DNA of 64,000 nucleotides from Lingula anatina. Its lineage: Eukaryota; Animalia; Brachiopoda. The translations under genes were made by a program, and so were the position numbers. The stretch covers positions 868,001 to 932,000 of the forward strand of contig CM120643.1 of the NCBI GenBank assembly GCA_051362555.1, written 5' to 3'. How positions within the stretch are numbered: the stretch's first letter is position 1; the number at the start of each line of letters is the position of its first letter. Below are positions 50,099 through 59,500 of this stretch, piece by piece. A model generated the notes under the pieces. It was not told the origin of the DNA. It searched no databases and worked only from the letters and a program-made list of their open reading frames with translations.

Positions 50099-52109
50099 CT
50101 GGCTACTAAGTGGTTGGTCTGTCTCTGAACTGGACCGTTCTAGTTAAGTAGGCCTATAGCACTCGAGAATAAAGGGCCTGTGAGCTGCATCCTAGAACCA
50201 ACTTTGAATATCTGTACGTCGTTACACTTGGACACGTGAGTTTCCAAGGATCTAATGACGCTGTAGATTAAGTAGATACTGCTATTAATAATGTATAATA
50301 ATGGAAGGGGATGACAGAGGCGTCGCTGTGGTGGTGGTGGTATGTGTGTGTGTGTGTGTTGGGGGGTGGGGGGTGGGGGTATGTGAGCCCATATTGCAGT
50401 GTGGGTTTCACTTTACACGTTTGACCACTTCGAATCACATATTGTTAGTTATTATCCATATAGACATCGTACATGCTTGATTGACATGATATACTGGTGT
50501 AATATCTTGAACGACAAATGATGCCCACAGCGGTTTCTATATCACTACACACACAGAAATCCAAGCCAAAACATGCACATGGACCAATCCTCAATACGGA
50601 ATAAATCTAAACAACATACCTGTTCAATACTGGTGATAAGGGATTATCTCCTGGTTTACTGAGACCTGGTTACTCGCTGGACGCTGCAGGTGCACGCTGA
50701 GTGTAGAACCTTCTCTTTATATCCAATAAATCTTCCAGACAATCAATTATCAGGAATCTGGTGTCTTTGTTGGCTTCCTCTGTCTTAATTACGGGACCGA
50801 GTGTCACGGAAAGATCTGCTTATTCCTGGTGAAGAATTGTCAACTCTTTTTGATAATTGGAAAGTTACGAAACCAGGTTGACCCCGGCACGGCGACAAAG
50901 CATGATTTTACCTGAGTCGGGTGTACGCCATCATTTAAGGGAGGGACATATGAAAAACACTCATGGATCGCGCTATTTTAACAACGACATTACATTATAA
51001 TTATCAAATACACCGCAGCGACTTGTATAAGTCTTCTGAAATCATTTTAGCATTTTTTATTTTTGTGCGTAAATCATAATTATTTATCTAAAAAGTTTTT
51101 CTTTAATTTGTCCCTGCTAATCGTAATTTCACATTAGTCTTGTGACCTAATCTGACAACATGTTCGTTTTTCTCCAAAGGGGTCCCCCCGATAGAATCGA
51201 TGAACGCCATTGGGGACGTTATCAAAGCACGGGTTTTTATACATCAGAATGAGCATCAATCACGCTTTATTTGATAACTATACTGCTACAGTTGACAGCT
51301 ATTTAATGTCAAATCAAGAACTATTTCGATTTGATTATTACCTTCACTTAATCGTGTACGTAATGTTATAAAAAGGGAACTGTGTCAAGTTTTTGCTCCG
51401 CTGTATCATATGTACCCTTATTCTGCCTTTCAGCTGTTCTTTCCGAACAATAAATTGTAGATATGTGTGAAGAAAATCTGCATTTTATCACCCAAGCATG
51501 CAGACAAGCATTTCTTCTGAAGTTACGATTTTTTTTCTAAGTTTGTCTTCTCAACCAAATAAATTCAGTGGCCCTCTTGTGCATCCTATTTATGGAAATA
51601 TCTGAAAATTACAATGCCTGCACCCTTTTTTGATATTATTTGATGTCTAAGGTTTTATCCTCAAAACGGGTGATAAGTTGAAAGCTCAATGGCTACGGTC
51701 TGATAAGCTACACTAGCCCTGTGTACTGCGACTGTAGAAAAAAGTCTTATGAGAAAATACTTCGTGACCGTCATCTAACATGCTCGGCTGCTCGTCGCAT
51801 ACAGCTCACATAGAGACGGTATTATACTGCTGTGACCAGCTTTCATTGAATCTTTAATGGAACACGTGGAGTAAAACGCGCTTAGGGCGAGATGTCATTT
51901 GTCTTGTAAAAAAAGTAGCAGTTTCCCCCCTGATATCAGGAGACTCTAAAAATTTATAAAATTAAGGTAAAACCCACTGTGGGAAGACACCCAGTCAACT
52001 CGTCTACTGCTACTTAACTTGGCAAAGAATATGTCTCACGTGGAACACGTTCTCGGTGATCGCGCCCAATCTAGCAGGGTCAAATACCAGACAACTAGCG
52101 ACCCTGTAG

Positions 52110-52277
52110 TCAAAGAGTAGTGATAGTCCTAGGAATCGAATCCCGCGGCCCAATATGATTAGTACAGGTTAGGGTTAGTTGGAGTATTGGGGTTAGCATA
52201 TGAGGCGAAAGTCACCTGTACAAAGTAATGGGGAACGAACTACGGTTCCTAGCAGACTACCATTCCTGTCATACCGG
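52110..52277. mobile_element. MITE family D copy (inverted)
   Basis: TAGTCCTAGGAATCGAA...AGTACAGGTTAGGGTTAG...GACTACCATTCCTGTCATACCGG is the reverse complement of 30309-30480. Confidence 0.75.
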
Positions 52278-53658
52278 TACATCTTCAGCGAGCGTCACTT
52301 TTCACTGAATGAGTTTCGGAGGCGGTGATTCCTCTCTGTCAAATTAAAACAATTTTTGTGGACTTGCGGCATTTTAAATTTGCAGTAGCTTAACGGAAAG
52401 AGGTGATGGTTAAAACATTCATCCGGTGCATATAAAATCTGAAATAAAAATCAGATTCGACAGCGTAGAGGATATCCACCTGCATAGCCTCATTCCCTGG
52501 TTAATATGGTCTACACAGGCATCCAAATATTGTAGGGAAACACTTTCAATATTAGCTGTTGATCAAAGAAAATCACTTTATTCTTATAGCATTACACTAC
52601 TGACAAAAATTTATTCTCCGCCCTTGGGTGGTGGTTTGGATAAAAGAATAAATATAATATGAAAACGTGATCAAAATTATTTCGGAAAAAGTCTTTTAAA
52701 ACCCCTCAAAAGAACGACGACTCATTTTTATTCGTAATGCGACGCGGAGAAGATTTGATTACCAGTTGCCCGCGTAGTTTACACATTTACGACTATCCTA
52801 GGATCAGCCTTACATGTTATTTTCTGCCTCTTAAAACTCTCTGGTCATTTCTGTTAAATTACTGTTTATTCGTTGAATTTCGTCTTTCTAACACTCGCCT
52901 TAATAATCTTTTTTTCACTTTCCTTATGTTATTTGCTATATGAAAAATTACCATGATTTCGCGAGCAGTTTAATTCTAAATACAGAATATAGTCGAGGAA
53001 AATAACAAAAGTCTATATTTACTTCAGTTTCTTTCTCATTAATTGAAATCAAAACGACAGGACATCAATAAAATATAAGTTAAACTACAAAATAACCCTG
53101 ATGTTTACCATACTTACTGTAGGTTACTGATGATATACTGCTGGCAAAGAAAACATAAATCTTTGACAACGACAACTATAAATCTTCTGGTGCAACTAGA
53201 TCTAAGTGGTGAGATATTGATGTTTTATAGTTTTTATGTGGTCAGGGTAAGCGTTTGTTTTCCTGACATAAGACAATATTCTTTCCACGCATGGAAGCCT
53301 TTAAAAGGGAGCCTAAAGTTTAAAGGTGATGCTGAAGGAATTCTTAAAAGAACCCATGGTAAATACCAAGCCAAAGCACACACATCCACCACGTAGGCTG
53401 GCGGCAGGGGGGCGGAGGGGGGGGGGGGGTGAGGGAAGGGGGAGGTTGGGATTTTGGGAGGGGGATGCGTTCCAGCAAATCGCCCTTTAGGTCTCTCTGA
53501 ATAAAAATTCGATCAAATTTCCATGTCAGTACTGCAGCACACGCACGTCACGAGGCAAATTTTTTTTCTTAAGATAAAGAACATTATTGATTACTGGCCT
53601 GCCCAGCCCTCACGTACATACTGCACGTCATCAACTCGTCTTTCCAAACTCTCAAGCT

Positions 53659-53693
<35 letters not shown>

Positions 53694-54619
53694 TTCCTTG
53701 TATTATTCCTTACGTGACTCAGTCCATGTCACATGTTCCCAGTCAAGAATCAAGTGGCAATTTTTTCAATCTGTTAAGTTTCACATTTTTCATGGTTTAC
53801 AGGTTTATTTTTTAAAAACCAAATGCTGACACTATTCTCCGCTAATTTCTTCTCTTTCATGATTAATTATTAACGCTCAATAATATTATTAAATACAGTC
53901 ATTGTGTGGACAGGTAAATTGTTTTTATACACTTAAACTAAAATTACTGTATGTCAAAATATACATGTACTGAAAAATAAATCATTATTGGCGTCTAAAA
54001 TCTATCATTTTGGGGTATTATGTATTCCATTCGGATTAAAATACTATAGGCCCTTACAACATAGCATTAAATAGATGAAAGTAGTACTTACTGCAGGTTA
54101 TCAGCAATAAACTGACAACAACAACAAGATGTAAGTGGTCTGATATTTATGTTTTGTTTTTAAGTGGTCAAAGTAATCCCCATTTTACCTGATATAAATG
54201 ATTTTCTGTCTTCACGCGCTGGCGACCTTTAAGAAAGGTTCCTTACAGTGGCCGAGCGAAATAATAAATACCTAATTGAGACTGCCACAGACGTGCATTA
54301 TTACACTGTTTAAACAGGCACATTTTGACCTCTTCTTTATGCAGTACTTCGATTCTCGAGCCTGGCGCACAACGACCCCAGCTCTGTTAGGGCCACAGAG
54401 GAACTGCTTTCAGCGGATATTTCTACGACAATGTTCACCATTTCTTTACTGTCAGAATTTTTTCAAAAAGTACACAATAAAATGAACAAAAAATGATTAA
54501 AAAGATACCATCCTTAAGCTGGCCTATGGTAGTGTATACCCTGGTAACACGTTATCACAGTGAAGAGGTCTTTTTCTTCATCGCCGAGGCCATGGACAAC
54601 ATTAAGAATTTAGTCCATG

Positions 54620-54762
54620 TCGGTGTGACAGGAATGGTAGTAGTAGACTGCTAGGAACCGTAGTCCGTACATTCGTCCCATATACTCCAACTAATCTTAA
54701 CCTATACTTATCATATGGGAGCCTGGACTTCCATTCCTAGGACTACCATTCCTGTCACATTG
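54620..54762. mobile_element. MITE family D copy with an internal deletion
   Basis: CGGTGTGACAGGAATGGTAGT ... GGACTACCATTCCTGTCACATTGG. Confidence 0.75.
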
Positions 54763-55800
54763 GGGTAAAAGTAAGGAAGTAAACGAAATGCTGGAGGGTG
54801 TTTAAGTTTATTTTTATACGATAACTAGTACAGATAAAAACGAAAAAATATTGTTATAAAGATACGTACTCTTAGCTATTGCTGTAATTCCCTGTTGGAT
54901 GTTTTAACAATCACTACACTGTAGTCAGCTGTTCAGTGAAGACATGGAAGACAAGTTTTATATACCCCAAAAAACATCAAACACAAGAGGACACTGATGA
55001 AATGCTGCTATACAGATTCCTTAGGTAAACATAATACGGGTTCTAAAAAATATACTCCTAACTAGAAAATACACAATTTAAGTACTTGTACTCTGAAGGG
55101 ATAGAATATGTTGTATTACGCCAACATACGCTAAACATATACAAAAATGTGACCTGTATATACACAAAATTAAAAAAAAAATTCTACCAGTAATTCATCT
55201 TTGATCTTTGAATAGTCTCCTGAGGAATTTCCTGCCCCAGAATTCATAACTTTAATACTTTTGCTTACAGAAAAGTCAACTCTTTATAAATTCATCCTTG
55301 ATCTGTGAAAAGTGTCCTGAGCAACTGCCATTACTTAAAGTTCCTGTCCCAGAATTCATAACTTTAATACTATTTGCCAACAGAAAATTAATCTCTTTCA
55401 CCAAGACACTGGAAAATATTTCCCAGACTATCTAGAGCAGGCTTTCCTCCTCTTATGATCTAGACAATGCAGACTGTATCTGTTTGTACTGAACATTATT
55501 CAAATTGAACATTTGTTGATTTCAAATTTTTGGCTACAATGCTCCACCTATATGTTGTTTCATGGAGTCCTCCTAGAGGGCGCTGCTGTAAAGTGGAGAG
55601 TGACCGCATACTTTAAGGTACCTGCCTCATGTTGAGATGGAAGGCAGAAGTTTTAAATACTTTTAAAACACTGGCAGTATACAGCTGGCAGTAAACCAAT
55701 TAATTCACTTCTGCCAAATGCACTTACTCAGAAATACTCACTGAAATAGATCCATCAACTGAATTCATTTTGCCTCTTCATTTTGACTGTAGAAACCCTT

Positions 55801-55976
55801 CAGGCCCATAGTCAGCAATTTCAAAATCTACCAGGGGGTTCTTTTCTAAAAAGTGGACCTTTTACCTTGAAACTTTTGTGTACTTTGGTCAAATTTTACC
55901 CAAGTGGGACCTTTTTCCAGCAAAAAGAGCAGTTTGTTTGAACCCCCCAAACCCCTAGCCTACAGCTACTAGCCTG
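55801..55976. mobile_element. MITE family E copy in the probable NECAB 3' UTR
   Basis: CAGGCCCATAGTCAGCAATTTCA...AAAAGTGGACCTTTTACC matches the 23193 copy. Confidence 0.7.
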
Positions 55977-56289
55977 CTCTTTGTACTGTTCTCAATGTTA
56001 TTTTATAGTTCATCATTTACAGCACATGTAACACTGAGAGATCTAAGTTCTAAGATCATCTCTCTCTCTGTATCTGTGGGAACTAAGCTGGTCCCTACAA
56101 GGAAATATGTCTATCTATTCAGTAAAGAGACGAGTGAACAGCATACAGATATCACAGCTGGGGAGACAGAACAGACACTTTTAACACGCTTCACTAAAGG
56201 TGGGTGGGGGTCTGACAATTTTTTTTTGTCAATTGTACTAAGGTGTTCTTCTTTATTTCTGTTCCCAGAACTAGCTTCCCTCCACATCT

Positions 56290-56544
56290 TCAGTCTCTTT
56301 TCCACCATGCACCTAAAATATCAAGAGATATCAACATGATACGTTGGTCATTGCAAGCCACCATCATAATCTTTAAATCAGGATTATGTTTAAAACCATG
56401 CTATCTTTATATTTCTTTATTTTTTATCCCATAATAATCCCTTCCTTCTGCCTCCTCCATAAGAAATTTCCCATAAAAACAAGTTAAACAATCTACACAA
56501 GTTAAATTACAACTAAAATGCTTTAAAAAGATGCTGTCACACTG

Positions 56545-56591
<47 letters not shown>

Positions 56592-59500
56592 AGGGAGCGG
56601 TAGTGGTGTTCACTCACTAGGTATAGGCATACTGTTACAAGATTCTGGTTGTTGCAGGTTGTCAATGTTGCTGTGCTGGAAGTTCTTGGCCAGGGATGAC
56701 GTCAGGTGACTGCCATGTAAGGAGGAAATAAAGTTGAGATAAGAACAATATTACATATTAACAATATTAGTTAAAAGTCTTCATACCACTTGAACCCAAT
56801 TTTTCCTTCAAGATCAGCAATACAATTTGCGTTCATGTTTAATATCTTCACAATTTCAATAAAAAAACCTATATCATTTTCTTTAATACTAATGTATTCA
56901 GGTTTCGCCACTGCTCTCGGGATACTACTGCCAAACACTACTAAATTTATGTTTAATATTTTCTCTATAATTATATTCAACACTATAATAGTATTCATGT
57001 TTTATATTTTCACTATAATAATCAATCATAAAACCAAAATCCTTTCCTCTAAAACTAGTACAAATGTATGTATTCAAGTCTCACCATTGCTCTTGCATAT
57101 TGTCTCAACACTAACAAATTGTCAATCACCTTTTCAAGGCCTCACACATCTCATACATAGCCCACACCCACACCCCAATTGCTTTAATTCCGAGTACAGT
57201 TCTTTTCCCTCTCCCCCTCACCTTTTCCGCATCTCATAGAAAACCCCCACCCACACCCCTACCCCCCCTCACCTCTTCCATGCCTCCTTGCTCTCCCACA
57301 TCTCATAGAAAACCCACACCCCTACCCCCCCTCACCTCTTCCAGGCCTCCTTGCTCTCCCACATCTCATAGAAAACCCACACCCCTACCCCCCTCACCTC
57401 TTCCATGCCTCCTTGCTCTCCCACATCTCATAGAAAACCCACACCCCTACCCCCCTCACCTCTTCCATACCTCCTTGCTATCCCACATCTCATAGAAAAC
57501 CCACACCCCTACCCCCCCTCACCTCTTCCATGCCTCCTTGCTCTCCCACATCTCATAGAAAACCCACACCCCTACCCCCCCTCACCTCTTCCATGCCTCC
57601 TTGCTCTCCCACATCTCATAGAAAACCCATACCTCTACCCCCCTCACCTCTTCCAGGCCTCCTTGCTCTTCCACATCTCATAGAAAACCCATACCTCTAC
57701 CCCCCCCTCACCTCTTCCAGGCCTCCTTGCTCTTCCACATCTCATAGAAAACCCATACCTCTACCCCCCTCACCTCTTCCAGGCCTCCTTGCTCTCCCAC
57801 ATCTCATAGAACCCCCCCCTCACCTTTTCCATGCCTCCTTGCTCTCCCACATCTCATAGAAAACCCATACCCCTACCCCCCCCCCCCCCCCTCACCTCTT
57901 CCATACCTCCTTGCTCTCCCACATCTCATAGAACCCCCCCCTCACCTCTTCCATGCCTCCTTGCTCTCCCACATCTCATAGAGAATAAACATGTCTGAGC
58001 CACTGTAGGTAAGCACACTGACACTGGAATAAAAAATAATTTTTTTATAACTAGCTTCTGCCCAAATCACTATTCTTTCATCAACAATATGCAAGATGTT
58101 TGAACATGAGCTTTTTAGTTTAAGTTACCATTCTTTAATAAACTGACTATGGACACTTCAGACTTACTTTAGACATCTCTCATCCTTTTACAGATAAAAC
58201 AGAACACTTTAAACTGACTTTAGACACTTTAGACTAACTTTAGACATCGCTCATCCTCGTTGGTGCCCTCTATGTACATCCTAAGACTCCCTCGGAAAGC
58301 TTTCATACGATCTGGAGACACAGGGAACCTTCTGTGAACCAGCAGCATCTGAAATAATCATTTCAACAGTCTCGGTAAGATTCTGAACATTTTTGTTCTC
58401 ATCCAAAACATGCAAAATGAGAGGAAAATTTTCATGGAATAGCATGAAATGTGTAATATTAGTGTATGACAAACACATTTTTTGGTACAAAAGAAAAAAA
58501 AATTCATCAGATGTTAATTAACATATTTGAATCTTATCTTTTAACCAAATGCAAACGAAAATATTATTTGCTTTTCAATTAATCCACTAGCTGAGTTTTA
58601 CACTCCATGTTACCATTTGTTCTTCTGGGACATCCTTCTGTTCTTCCTTTATTCCTTCAAAATTCACCTGAAGTTAAGAATCTCTGCTCATGAAGATATT
58701 CTACCCTCTACCAGATTATATAGGGAAGAATGGGAAAAGCCACAGAGGAAAATGACTGTCTATTTATCTAGAGACATATCTGTGAAAAATCAATCTGTCA
58801 CCATGATAGAGAGTAAAGATATTACAGCTGACAATATATACAAGGCCATGTGTCAGAGGAATAAATAAGAATCACAAACCAGAGGTAGCAATATTTCTCA
58901 GGCTAATGTAACACAATTCAAAGCTTTCATTTTGTTAACAGAAGAACCTTTTTTCTTTCATGCTTTCACAAAATTTAATCATTTAAAAGAAAACCGTTCT
59001 TTTATTGATAATTTGATGTTTTTTCTGATAAGTTTTCAGTGCATACCCTATTCTCCAAGCGATCTACCAATCCTCTCAGTCTCTCTATCTGCATGTTCAG
59101 AGGAGCACTGCCTGAAAAAATGAAATGAGACATTTTCAGTTAAAACCTATATCATAGCCTTGGAATACTCTCTGCCATAGATCAACATTATAACGATTTC
59201 AATTCTGTGAAAATCTTCTTCCATAAAATATACACACAGTATAAGACATAATAATGCCTGTCGATATCTAGTGAAAACTTGAATCACAACCCTGGTAAAA
59301 GGCATAGCTCTGGAACCAAATAAGAGCAAGGCTTTCAAAAGGAAAAAGAAAAAAATGATGAATTGCCTGTAAATTGCCTGATATCAAAAAAGAGATATCT
59401 CACCTCTACTTAATTTATAATCACCACAGATCCACAGCTGGCACTGTTCAGTTAAGTATTCAAAACCTACTGATCACATGTTATATATAATACTTACCTC

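Noticed and set aside
47523-50147. Mirror ORFs 47523..47759 (-) and 49902..50147 (+), and ORF 48846..49100
   Set aside because: They are translations of the GC-rich transposon ends with non-ATG starts and no transposase or Myb-like motifs.
57280-57859. Pro-rich ORFs resembling extensins
   Set aside because: Antisense translations of the intronic donor-site array.
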